Source: an uncultured Bacteriovoracaceae bacterium (GTDB taxonomy: Bacteria > Desulfobacterota > Desulfomonilia > UBA1062). Taken from it: DNA of 64,000 nucleotides. Under the pieces are notes generated by a model, which saw only the letters and a list, made by a program, of their open reading frames with translations, had not been told where the DNA came from and made no database searches. The DNA lies in assembly GCA_964572405.1 (NCBI GenBank), contig CAZNGL010000002.1, positions 1,061 through 65,060 of the forward strand. Direction: 5' to 3'. A program made the translations under genes and the position numbers. Shown piece by piece: positions 37,721 through 46,808 of the stretch; position 1 is the stretch's first letter; each line of letters begins with the position of its first letter.

Positions 37721-38266
37721 ATGGCGACACGGGAGATCATCGAATCACTCATCTTCTCTGCAAGCGGGGCCGTGGCCGTCAAGGACATCCTGCGGATCGT
37801 GCCGGGCACCTCGGCCGAGGAGGTCGACCGGCTCGTGGAGGAGCTCAACGGCCTGTATGAATCCGGCCATCGGAGTTTCCGGATACACCGGGCAGGCCCT
37901 GGATACCTGTTCGTGACGCAGCCCGAGTACGCTTCCTATATCCGGCAGCTGGTGAGCCCGGTGAGGCTCACTGCGGCAGCCCTGGAGGTGCTCGCCGTGG
38001 TGGCCTACAAGGGGCCGTGCTCCAAGCAGACCATCGACGGCATCCGCGGCGTGGACTCCACCTCGAGCCTCAAGCAGCTCGTCAGGCACCAGCTCGTGGA
38101 CATCAGGCCGGGAAAGCCCATGATGTACGCCACCACCGGCAAGTTCCTCGAGGTGTTCGGGCTCACATCCCTGTCCGAGCTGCCCGACATCGCGCAGTTC
38201 GAGGAGGTCTTCGGCATGCCGGAGATCGCTGAAGGCGCTTTCCCGCCAGAGGCGGAAGATGCGTGA
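37721..38266 (+). CDS. scpB: Segregation and condensation protein B
   Basis: Winged-helix repeats (IIESLIFSASGAV ... VLAVVAYKGPCSKQTIDGIRGV). 181 aa. Confidence 0.8.
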   Translation: MATREIIESLIFSASGAVAVKDILRIVPGTSAEEVDRLVEELNGLYESGHRSFRIHRAGPGYLFVTQPEYASYIRQLVSPVRLTAAALEVLAVVAYKGPCSKQTIDGIRGVDSTSSLKQLVRHQLVDIRPGKPMMYATTGKFLEVFGLTSLSELPDIAQFEEVFGMPEIAEGAFPPEAEDA

Positions 38267-39733
38267 CTACGAGGGCATCTCTGAAGGCTTGACGATGTTG
38301 AGGAAGAGGTTCACGCCCTCGGGTTCCTTTTCCACCACCACGTGCGGGTTGCCCGGAAGATCCGAGGCGAGACGTTTCAGTTCGTCCTCGCTGCGGTGGA
38401 TGAGGAACCACTCGGCGCCGTACTCCATGATGAACCGCTGGGGGTTGTAGATCCCGAAGTTGCCGATGATCAGCATCCCCCCGGGCCGCAGGAAGCTGTA
38501 GAGCTTGTGGATGAGGCGGCTGGAAGCTCGGTCGGAAAGGTAATCGAAGAGCCCGGCCGTGTAGATGAGGTCGGCGTTTTCGTAGAGGGTTTTCCCGGAT
38601 CCCCGCTCCACGATGAGCCGCTTGATGTTGTCCTGCTCGAAGTGCACCCTGACCTTCGGATTGTCCCTGACGGCCGGCTCTATCCTCGCGCGGGCGTCCT
38701 CCAGGGCGAGGCTGTCCTGGTCCAGGGCGATGAAGTCGATGACGGTGGAAAGCGGCGCCCCCTCCATGGCCTTGATGAAGTCCACGAACTCGAGGGCCGG
38801 TCCGCAGGCCACGCTCATGATCCTGATGCCGGGGCGAGGCGGGTTGCCCGGGACCAGTTCCCTGAGCTTCCTGAAGAGGTAGGTCCTGCGGTTTCTCACC
38901 GCTCGGGACGCGGTGCCCTCGCAATCGACCTTGTTCAGGACCTGGGCGAAGAGCGAATCTCCCTCGTAGGCGTTCCGGTAGATGATGTTCATCATCTCAT
39001 AGTCGCCGGCATACCCCAGCGGCTTGGTGATGCTCCGGTTGAACAGACAGGACTTGGTGAGGTACTCGTTCAGGCGCTTCTGGAAGAACTCCCGGTGGAT
39101 GAAATGCTGCTTGGGATCGGTGAACCGGCTGGTGATGCCGGAGAAGTGGTCGTAGTAGCGGTTCATCTCGTCGAACAGCGCATCGAAGGCAAGGGTCCGC
39201 AGGGTTTCCAGCAGGGCCTCACGGAGCCCCTCGTCCTCTATCAGGATGCGATCGAGGTCCTGGTCGAGCCGTTTGGCGAAGCCCTCCAGGATGTAGTGCA
39301 GGTGCGAGGTGAGGTTGACGAACTCGGGGTCGAGGCTTTCCTCGATGGCCATGGACTGGACGAAGTCGAGGAAGTCGTTCTGGAGCTTGGTGACCTTGTC
39401 CGCCTTCACCACGGCATAGACGTCCATGGAGCGGTCCAGGTACGAGCAACCGACACAGGAGAGGACCGTGCCGTCCTTCTCCTCGTCCTGGATGTGGATG
39501 ATGGTGGCGCCGGAACTGTGCACCTCGTGACCGGCCGAGAGGAATCTCAGATCCGCGATGACATCGCCGATGTGCAGGATGAGGCTCCCGTCCTCGAGGT
39601 AGAAGGAAACCCCTGTTCGGGAATAATCCTTGACCCGGCACGTGTGCTCGGTCTTCTGGAAATCGCGGAAGCGTACCACCTTGTCGGTGTCATTCTCATC
39701 GACGGCGTATCGCAGGTCACGGTTGAGTCGCAC
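38267..39733 (-). CDS. Fusion protein: N-terminal PilZ-like domain + C-terminal class I SAM-dependent methyltransferase
   Basis: GTG start with GAGGAGAG RBS. N-terminus MRLNRDLRY...DYSRTGVSFYLEDGS (DxSxxG plus beta-rich segment). C-terminus has MTase motif I IMSVACGPALEF, an acidic post-I residue (IALDQD), motif II LIYTAGLFDYL and motif III LRPGGMLIIGNF. Confidence 0.6.
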   Translation of the reverse strand: MRLNRDLRYAVDENDTDKVVRFRDFQKTEHTCRVKDYSRTGVSFYLEDGSLILHIGDVIADLRFLSAGHEVHSSGATIIHIQDEEKDGTVLSCVGCSYLDRSMDVYAVVKADKVTKLQNDFLDFVQSMAIEESLDPEFVNLTSHLHYILEGFAKRLDQDLDRILIEDEGLREALLETLRTLAFDALFDEMNRYYDHFSGITSRFTDPKQHFIHREFFQKRLNEYLTKSCLFNRSITKPLGYAGDYEMMNIIYRNAYEGDSLFAQVLNKVDCEGTASRAVRNRRTYLFRKLRELVPGNPPRPGIRIMSVACGPALEFVDFIKAMEGAPLSTVIDFIALDQDSLALEDARARIEPAVRDNPKVRVHFEQDNIKRLIVERGSGKTLYENADLIYTAGLFDYLSDRASSRLIHKLYSFLRPGGMLIIGNFGIYNPQRFIMEYGAEWFLIHRSEDELKRLASDLPGNPHVVVEKEPEGVNLFLNIVKPSEMPS

Positions 39734-39874
39734 GGATCTCTCCTCTTCAAAGAATACAGGGGATGCACGGAATCTCCCGCCTCACGATCATACCATACGG
39801 CATGAGGACCGGAAATCTTTAATTCTTTCCGGGCTTCGGAAGGCGTTTGCGCCCGGGAGCCGGACAGGGCCGTG

Positions 39875-40366
39875 CTAGGACTGTGCGCACTCGCTCATGT
39901 CTCCGCCGAGCTTGTCCAGGGCATGGGGCAGGGCTGGGAGAACCGCCTCCAGGCATTCTTTGGCCGCCTTGGGGCTTCCGGGGAGGTTGATGATGAGGGT
40001 GCGCCCCCGCGCGCCCACCACGGCCCGGGAGATCATGGCATGGGGGGTCTTCTTCAAGCTCTCCGCGCGCATCACCTCCTCCATGCCGGGCACGCGCCTG
40101 TCGATGACGGACAGGGTGGCCTCGGGGGTGACGTCGCGGGGAGACAGGCCGGTGCCGCCGGTGGTGACAACGAGGTCGAGGCCGATCTCGTCGGACCAGG
40201 CACAGAGTCGTTCCCTGATGAGGTCGAGGTCGTCCGGGATGACCTGCATCGTTTCCACGTGGATGCCCCGGCCGGAGAGGATCTCCGAGATGATGGGGCC
40301 GCTCGCGTCCTGGCGCTGACCCGACGCGCCCTTGTCGGAGAGGGTGAGGATACCCGCCTTCTTCAT
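39875..40366 (-). CDS. Molybdenum cofactor biosynthesis protein MogA/MoaB (molybdopterin adenylyltransferase family)
   Basis: 163 aa from MKKAGILTLSDKG. VVTTGGTGLSPRD motif. Upstream ORF extension rejected. Confidence 0.75.
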   Translation of the reverse strand: MKKAGILTLSDKGASGQRQDASGPIISEILSGRGIHVETMQVIPDDLDLIRERLCAWSDEIGLDLVVTTGGTGLSPRDVTPEATLSVIDRRVPGMEEVMRAESLKKTPHAMISRAVVGARGRTLIINLPGSPKAAKECLEAVLPALPHALDKLGGDMSECAQS

Positions 40367-40797
40367 CGCTTCACCGTCTTGAGCCTGCTCTCGGCCGCGA
40401 TGACAAGGGGGCGCGGGACGCCCTTGCTCTTCGCCAGCAGTCCCAAGTCCCGCTGGTTCAGGTAGGTGACCTGGGCCATGGCAATGGTCAGGGGGGTCTT
40501 GGGGTTGTTCACCAGGGCGAGCCTGACCTGGTAGTTTCTCAGCCATTCCCGGTTCATCCCGATCTCCCTGAGCACGTCCTCGGTCACCTGCCGGTTGGCA
40601 GCTATGGCTATGATCTCGCTCTCGGTGATCTTGGGGGAGTTCACCACGGCGAGCTGGACGAGCTTGTTGGAATCCCGCATGAGGATGGTGCGGGCCTCCT
40701 TGGAGGCCTTGCGCGCCAGATCGAGTTTCTCGGAGACCGTCATGGTCTGTATCTTCTGATACAGGCTGGCGACGTTGTCTGGCCCGTTATTTTCCAT
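40363..40797 (-). CDS. Hypothetical protein with leucine-rich-repeat-variant/HEAT-like repeats (LAxxNxPKxP)
   Basis: 144 aa. Repeated LAVVNSPKIT / LALVNNPKTP units. ATGA overlap with mogA and 11-nt overlap with the EF-G gene. Confidence 0.4.
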   Translation of the reverse strand: MENNGPDNVASLYQKIQTMTVSEKLDLARKASKEARTILMRDSNKLVQLAVVNSPKITESEIIAIAANRQVTEDVLREIGMNREWLRNYQVRLALVNNPKTPLTIAMAQVTYLNQRDLGLLAKSKGVPRPLVIAAESRLKTVKR

Positions 40798-42871
40798 CCT
40801 TTGCTGCCTTCGCCTCCTCGACGATCTTCTCCTGGAGGTTGTACGGCACCGGGTCCATGTGCGAGAAGCTCAGGGTGAAGGTTCCCCGTCCCGAGGTGAT
40901 GGAGGTGAGGCTGGCCGCGTAGGTGAGGACCTCGGCCAGGGGGATCTGGGCCTTGAGTTCCTGGTACTTGCCCCTCGAGTTCATGCCCTCGATCTTGGCC
41001 CTGCGGCTGTTGAGGTCTCCCATGACGTCTCCCATGCACTCCTCGGGCACGGTGACCGTGATGTTCATGATGGGCTCCAGCAGGATGGGTCTGCACTGCT
41101 CCATGGCCTTCTTGAAGGCGAGTGACCCGGCGATCTTGAAGGCCATTTCCGAGGAGTCCACCTCGTGGTACGAGCCGAAGTACACGGTGACCTTGATGTC
41201 CACCACGGGGTTGCCCGAAAGCGGTCCCGACTGCATGGCCTCGTGCACGCCCTTCTCGATGGCCGGGATGTACTGCTTGGGGATGACGCCGCCCACGATG
41301 GCGTTCACGAACTCGAAGCCCTTGCCGCGCTCCAGGGGTTCCACCCTGAGCCAGCAGTCACCGAACTGCCCGTGGCCGCCGGTCTGCTTCTTGTGCTTGC
41401 CCTGCACCTCGGCCATGGCGGTGATGGTCTCCTTGTACGGGACCCTGGGGGTCTTGAGGTCCACCTCGACGCCGAACCTCCTCTTGAGCCTGTCCACGGC
41501 GATCTCGATGTGGAGCTGGCCCAGGCCCGACAGGATGAACTCGCCCGTCTGCTCGTCGCGGTACACCTTGAGGACCGGGTCCTCGTCCATGATCTTCTGG
41601 AACGAGGGCATGATCTTCTCCACGTCCGCCTTGGTCTTCGGGGTCACGGCCATGTTCATGATGGTGTCGGGGAATACCGGGCTCGGCAGCGTGAAGGCCA
41701 CGGACTCGGAGAGCAAAGTGTCGCCGGTCTTGGTTTCCTTGAGCTTGGCCACGGCGAAGATGTCTCCGGGCCCCACGAGCTCCACGGGCTTCTGTGCCTT
41801 GCCTTCCAGCATGAGGAGCGAACCGATCCTCTCCTTGGTCTCCCGGGTGGCGTTGAAGACGCTCGAATCGGGGCTCAGGGTGCCGGACAGGCAGCGGATG
41901 ATGCTCAGCGTCCCGGTGTACGGGTCGCTCATGGTCTTGAACACGTAACCGCAGAAAGGCTGGTCCTCAAGGGGCTTGTACTCCCTGGTTTCGCCCTTGG
42001 CGTTCTTCAGGGTCGGTATGGTGCGCTTGTCCGGGTTGATGAACGAGGACGCCATGAAGTCCATGAGCGGCTGCACGCCCATGTTCAGCAATGCGGATCC
42101 GCAGAACACGGGCAGGAACAGGCCCTTCGCGAGCCCTGCGGACAGGGCGCCGTCGAGCTCTGCCGGGGAGAGCTCTCCGCCCTCCAGGTACTTCTCCATC
42201 AGCGCGTCGTCCACCTCGGCGAGATCCTCGACGACCTTGCCGTAGACCTCCTCCAGCTGGTCAGCCATGTCGGCGGGGATGGGGGCCTCCTTGAAGGATC
42301 CCGAACCGTCCTTCTCGTAGAGGTAAGCCTTCTTCCTGAACACGTCCACCACGCCGGCAAACCTCTCCTCTGCGCCGATGGGAAGCGTCAGGGGCAGCGG
42401 CTTGATCTCGAAGATCTCCGCGATGTCCTTGAGGACCTGGCCGAAGTTGGCTCGTTCGCGGTCCATCTTGTTGATGAAGCAGGTGCGGGTGAGACCTTCG
42501 GTGCCGGCGAGCCTCCAGAGATTCTCCGAATAGGGCTTGATGGAGTCGATGGCATCGATGACGAACAGGGCGTTGTCGGCGGACTTCAGGCCGAGGATGG
42601 CCTCCGAGGTGAAGTTGGTGTCTCCGGGGGTGTCCAGCATGATGATCCCGGTGTTCTTCCACTTGAAGTTATGCAGTGCGCTGAAGATGGATGACTGCCG
42701 TTTGATCTCCTCGGGCTCGAAGTCAAGGACCGAGTTGCCGTCGAGTACCTTGCCGAGGCGCGTGGTGGCCTTGGCATTGAACAGGAATGCCTCGCCCAGC
42801 GATGTCTTTCCGGAACCGGACTGAGACATGATGATGACATCTTTCAAGTTTTCCGAACGAAATTTCCGCAT
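40787..42871 (-). CDS. Elongation factor G paralog (EF-G2-like translational GTPase)
   Basis: 694 aa. GTPase G1 SQSGSGKTS, G3 DTPG. EF-G domains II-V. AAGGGGAGGA RBS. Start chosen at MRKFRSENLKDVII. Confidence 0.85.
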   Translation of the reverse strand: MRKFRSENLKDVIIMSQSGSGKTSLGEAFLFNAKATTRLGKVLDGNSVLDFEPEEIKRQSSIFSALHNFKWKNTGIIMLDTPGDTNFTSEAILGLKSADNALFVIDAIDSIKPYSENLWRLAGTEGLTRTCFINKMDRERANFGQVLKDIAEIFEIKPLPLTLPIGAEERFAGVVDVFRKKAYLYEKDGSGSFKEAPIPADMADQLEEVYGKVVEDLAEVDDALMEKYLEGGELSPAELDGALSAGLAKGLFLPVFCGSALLNMGVQPLMDFMASSFINPDKRTIPTLKNAKGETREYKPLEDQPFCGYVFKTMSDPYTGTLSIIRCLSGTLSPDSSVFNATRETKERIGSLLMLEGKAQKPVELVGPGDIFAVAKLKETKTGDTLLSESVAFTLPSPVFPDTIMNMAVTPKTKADVEKIMPSFQKIMDEDPVLKVYRDEQTGEFILSGLGQLHIEIAVDRLKRRFGVEVDLKTPRVPYKETITAMAEVQGKHKKQTGGHGQFGDCWLRVEPLERGKGFEFVNAIVGGVIPKQYIPAIEKGVHEAMQSGPLSGNPVVDIKVTVYFGSYHEVDSSEMAFKIAGSLAFKKAMEQCRPILLEPIMNITVTVPEECMGDVMGDLNSRRAKIEGMNSRGKYQELKAQIPLAEVLTYAASLTSITSGRGTFTLSFSHMDPVPYNLQEKIVEEAKAAKDGK

Positions 42872-43097
42872 CGATCCTCCCCTTAAGCCAAATCTAGAGT
42901 TAAGGCTTTTAACTGAAAAGGGCACGATAAGTCAAGGAGCGGCTTCCATGGCCCTGAAAACCCTGTTGCCGGCACTGAAGGGTTGCAAAGGCCTCCTCTC
43001 CTGCAGTACTCTCCGTCGCAGGGTGCTATTCCGGCCCATGGCATGCATGGCGCCATCGGGGCCGTACATGCAGGGGAATTCGTTTCGGAGATACTCC

Positions 43098-44003
43098 ATG
43101 TGGAAAGACATCGCAGGGCATGAACAAATCAAGGAGCGCCTGAGGGAGTACTCCGCCTCGGGCAACGTCCCCCATGCCTTGCTGTTCTCCGGTATCGCAG
43201 GACAGGGGAAGACCCGGGTCGCCGCGGAGTTTTTCAGGGCGTTGAACTGCGCCGAGCTCACGGGGGAAGCCTGCGGCCGTTGTCCAAGCTGCCTGAAGGC
43301 CGCGTCCGGCAACCATCCGGACTGGGTGGCACTGAACCCCGACGGCCGCTGGATCAAAGTGGACAATATCCGTGAGGTCATTGCCGATATCGGCCTGAAG
43401 CCGTTCGAGGCCAGGTGGAAATGCGTCGTCATCGAGCCTGCGGAGAGCCTGAACACGGAGAGCGCCAATGCCCTGCTGAAGACCCTGGAAGAGCCCCCGG
43501 ACCGGACCGTGATCGTGCTCATCAGCCACAGGCCCAGGCTCCTGCTGGCCACCCTGGTGTCGAGATGCCAGTCCATCAGGTTTGCGGAGGCACCGGGCGG
43601 TGATGTCCTGGCGGGGTATGGCGAAGGATCGCCTCCGGAAGGTGCGCCCTGCGGAGCAGACCACGCCGCGGCAATCCGGCGGGAGGTGACAGGCCTGCTG
43701 GGCGGTAACGACCCGGCCCTGCTTGCAAAAAAGTATTTCGACAGGGAGGGGTGGGACCTTCTGCCGGAGGTGCTCATGCGGGTCGAGTCCGTCATCCGGG
43801 ATATCCTGGCCCTCCGCCACGGTTCGGACAGGCTCGTGAACGAGGAGCTGAGGCGTGTGCCACTGAGGCATGCCGGTCTCGAAGAACTCGAGGAGATCCT
43901 CGCCCTGGTGCGTGCCATGCGGCGGGGGGTCATCGAGAACATCAACGTGCGGATCGCTGCAACGGAGTTGTTCGTCAGGTTGAGCCAGCTGGGAGGACGG
44001 TGA
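43098..44003 (+). CDS. holB: DNA polymerase III subunit delta prime
   Basis: 301 aa. GIAGQGKT P-loop-like motif. Zn-module CAELTGEACGRCPSC. ALLKTLEEPP and SRCQ motifs. Confidence 0.8.
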   Translation: MWKDIAGHEQIKERLREYSASGNVPHALLFSGIAGQGKTRVAAEFFRALNCAELTGEACGRCPSCLKAASGNHPDWVALNPDGRWIKVDNIREVIADIGLKPFEARWKCVVIEPAESLNTESANALLKTLEEPPDRTVIVLISHRPRLLLATLVSRCQSIRFAEAPGGDVLAGYGEGSPPEGAPCGADHAAAIRREVTGLLGGNDPALLAKKYFDREGWDLLPEVLMRVESVIRDILALRHGSDRLVNEELRRVPLRHAGLEELEEILALVRAMRRGVIENINVRIAATELFVRLSQLGGR

Positions 44004-44009
44004 GCGTTT

Positions 44010-44702
44010 TCAGCGGGGCCTGTTCCATTGTGACTTCACGGGCCGCTTCTTGAGCAGGACGTACATGGCGCCTGTTCCTCCGTCGCAGGGCCTGGCAGAG
44101 CAGAAGGCCAGCACCAGGTGGGACAGTGTCCCTGTGGTGAGCCACTTCACCACCCCCTCCTTCAACACCGGCCCCGAGTCCGACTTCAGCCCCCTGCCAT
44201 GGATGACGAGGAGTGATCGCAGCCCCAAGGCGTGGCAGTTCCGGATGAAGGTCGTCAGCGAGGATTTCGCCTGTTCCAGGATGCAGCCGTGGAGGTCGAG
44301 ATGGGCCTGTATGGTGAACTCGCCGGATTTCAGCTGCTTGATGACCCGCGGGTCCAGCGCGACCACGTGTCCCTCGAGGTACTCGCCCGTGCAGGTTACA
44401 TCGAAGCGGCTCTTCCCAGATACCAGTGAATGCAGCGCGTCCATGACATCCTGGTCCTGCCTTCGCAGGTTCTCGCGGACCTGCTCCACAATTGCGGACT
44501 TCTCCATGGGCTCGGGTGCGATCGTGTCGTTTGGCAGGGGTGTCACCCCGTCCATGGCCTTGGTGAAGAGGGAGGAGTCGTCCTCGGCGGGAGGGGGCTG
44601 CAGCGTGCGCGGTGGGGGGTCCTGCCTGGGGACTTTCCTCGGTGCAGCCTTCACCCCTTTGAGCCTTGCGAACGGTGCGTTGAATGGTTTGTCTTCCTTC
44701 AT
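44010..44702 (-). CDS. Smr-domain protein
   Basis: C-terminal Smr domain (LDLHGC...LLVIHGRGLKSDSG...LKEGVVKWL). Pro-rich linker. Confidence 0.65.
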   Translation of the reverse strand: MKEDKPFNAPFARLKGVKAAPRKVPRQDPPPRTLQPPPAEDDSSLFTKAMDGVTPLPNDTIAPEPMEKSAIVEQVRENLRRQDQDVMDALHSLVSGKSRFDVTCTGEYLEGHVVALDPRVIKQLKSGEFTIQAHLDLHGCILEQAKSSLTTFIRNCHALGLRSLLVIHGRGLKSDSGPVLKEGVVKWLTTGTLSHLVLAFCSARPCDGGTGAMYVLLKKRPVKSQWNRPR

Positions 44703-44891
44703 GCACCGTCTTGTTAGCAAAAAAAAAGGGCCCACTCAATATGAGGTGGTAGTGGGCCTAAAAGGAGGTCTATAGCCCTTTGGAAAGATTGCTATAGGCT
44801 GTGCGGGTTATATAGGAGCCATTTTCGACGTGTCAAATATTAATCTCTTATGATATTGTTAAACAAAAGTAAATTATGGTGTAGGAGCGTC

Positions 44892-45800
44892 ATGAATATC
44901 CATCAGGTACGCATCTTCAATATCGCGGCCCGTACCCTGAGCATCACCAAGACCGCCAAGAAGATGCATCTCTCCCAGCCCTCGGTGAGCATCCAGATCA
45001 AGGACCTGGAGGATGCCCTCAACGTGCGCCTCTTTGACCGCATCAACCGCAAGATCACGCTGACCGATGCAGGGAAGGTGTTCTTCGAGTATTCTGAAAG
45101 GCTCCTCGGGCTCATCGACGAGATCAATGCCGTCATGACCGAGTTCGGCTCGGGTGATGTCGGCAGGATCGTCCTGGGCGCGTCCAGTACCGTGGGCGTG
45201 TATGTACTGCCGAAGTTTCTGGGTGAGTTCAAGGAGCTCTTCCCCAAGGCAGAGATATCGCTGCACATTCAGAACCGCCAGGAGGCGGTGGAGCAGTGCA
45301 TAGAGGGGGAGCTCGACTTCGCCTTCATGCAGGAACCGCCCAAGCACCCCGACCTCCAGGCCGAGTTCTTCATGAAGGACGAGCTCGTCATCGTCTGCTC
45401 GCCCAGACACCGGTGGGCACACCGGGATCATCTCACCATGAAGACCCTTTCCTCGGAACCTGAGCCCATTATCCTCAGAGAGGAGGGCTCGGGCACGAGG
45501 GGGCTCATCGAATATGTCCTCAAGCGATACGGGATCGAAAAGAAGGTCACCATGGAGCTGAGCTCGTCCGAGGGCATCAAGCGGGCCGTGGAGGCCAATC
45601 TCGGCGTTGCGGTGCTTTCCCGGAACGTCATCCTCAACGAGCTGAAGAACAAGACGCTCCTGGCGCTGCCCATACGGGACCTGAACACGGTCCGGGACTT
45701 CTACGTGGTGCGGAACAGGAAGCGCAAGTCCACCCCGCTCATGATGAAATTCTTCGACTTCATCCTGGAGCGCAGGAAGCAGATAGAAATGGCCTCGTAG
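44892..45800 (+). CDS. LysR-family transcriptional regulator
   Basis: N-terminal HTH (IHQVRIFNIAARTLSITKTAKKMHLSQPSVSIQIKDLE) and a LysR substrate-binding domain. GTAGGAG RBS. Confidence 0.85.
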   Translation: MNIHQVRIFNIAARTLSITKTAKKMHLSQPSVSIQIKDLEDALNVRLFDRINRKITLTDAGKVFFEYSERLLGLIDEINAVMTEFGSGDVGRIVLGASSTVGVYVLPKFLGEFKELFPKAEISLHIQNRQEAVEQCIEGELDFAFMQEPPKHPDLQAEFFMKDELVIVCSPRHRWAHRDHLTMKTLSSEPEPIILREEGSGTRGLIEYVLKRYGIEKKVTMELSSSEGIKRAVEANLGVAVLSRNVILNELKNKTLLALPIRDLNTVRDFYVVRNRKRKSTPLMMKFFDFILERRKQIEMAS

Positions 45801-45956
45801 AATCCGGAATTGAGCCGTATGCTATCTCTAAGAATTTTCTCTCTCTTCTCGTGATGATTTCATGGTCGAAGAATGGTCCATCGACTCTCGAGTGCCTTGA
45901 CAGCATACGTTCAGGGATGTTATGAATCACCATTCAATTCCCGTACAGGAGTTCAT

Positions 45957-46508
45957 ATGCTTGAGATCAGGGTCCACGGTCGTGGCGGCCAGGGCGCGGT
46001 GACATCGGCTGAGCTGGTGGCCATTGCGGCGATCAACACGGGCAGGTCTGCACAGGCGTTTCCGAGTTTCGGGCCGGAGCGCCGTGGAGCACCGGTGGTG
46101 GCGTTCTGCCGGGTGGACGATCGGAAGATCAACATCCGGGCGAAGGTGTACAATCCGGACGTGGTGGTGGTCCTTGATCCCGGGCTGGTGGCGCTCATCG
46201 ACCCCACCGAGGGGATGAAGGAGGGCGGCATCCTGATCATGAACACGCGGAAGCGGCCCGAGGAGGTGGAGACCACGAAGGGGTCGCTGATCCGGGTTGC
46301 CACGGTGGATGCGGACCGGATCGCCATCGAGGAGCTTGGGCGGCCCATTGTGAACACCACCATGATCGGGGCGTTCATCAAGGCCACGTCTGCGATATCC
46401 ATCGCCGACATCAGGGAGCCTCTTCTGGAGCGGTTCGGCTCCAAGCTTGGGGAGCGGAACCTGAAGGCCATGGAGCGGGCGTTCAACGAAGTGGTGATCA
46501 AGGGGTAG
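45957..46508 (+). CDS. 2-oxoacid:ferredoxin oxidoreductase gamma subunit, operon 2
   Basis: MLEIRVHGRGGQGAVTSAELVA, homologous to the 6702..7262 gamma. AGGAG RBS. Confidence 0.8.
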   Translation: MLEIRVHGRGGQGAVTSAELVAIAAINTGRSAQAFPSFGPERRGAPVVAFCRVDDRKINIRAKVYNPDVVVVLDPGLVALIDPTEGMKEGGILIMNTRKRPEEVETTKGSLIRVATVDADRIAIEELGRPIVNTTMIGAFIKATSAISIADIREPLLERFGSKLGERNLKAMERAFNEVVIKG

Positions 46509-46511
46509 GAT

Positions 46512-46805
46512 ATGGCGAAGCCGATGGATCAGATCACGTGGCAGGAGCTGGAAACCGGCGCGGTCGTCGTCGAGGTCGGGAATTCAACCCAGTACGAGAC
46601 GGGTTCTTGGCGGTCCGAGCGCCCGGTGGTGGAGAAGGAGAAGTGCATCAAGTGCATGTACTGCTGGCTGTACTGTCCGGAGGCGTGCATCCACCAGGCA
46701 GAGGAGGGGCACTTCGAGGCGGACCTGAGGTACTGCAAGGGGTGTGGGATCTGCGCGACAGAGTGCCCGGCGAAGTGCATCACCATGATCAGCGAGGAGA
46801 AGTGA
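46512..46805 (+). CDS. 2-oxoacid:ferredoxin oxidoreductase delta subunit (ferredoxin), operon 2
   Basis: Two 4Fe-4S motifs (CIKCMYCWLYCP, CKGCGICATECP). Confidence 0.8.
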   Translation: MAKPMDQITWQELETGAVVVEVGNSTQYETGSWRSERPVVEKEKCIKCMYCWLYCPEACIHQAEEGHFEADLRYCKGCGICATECPAKCITMISEEK

Positions 46806-46808
46806 GCC

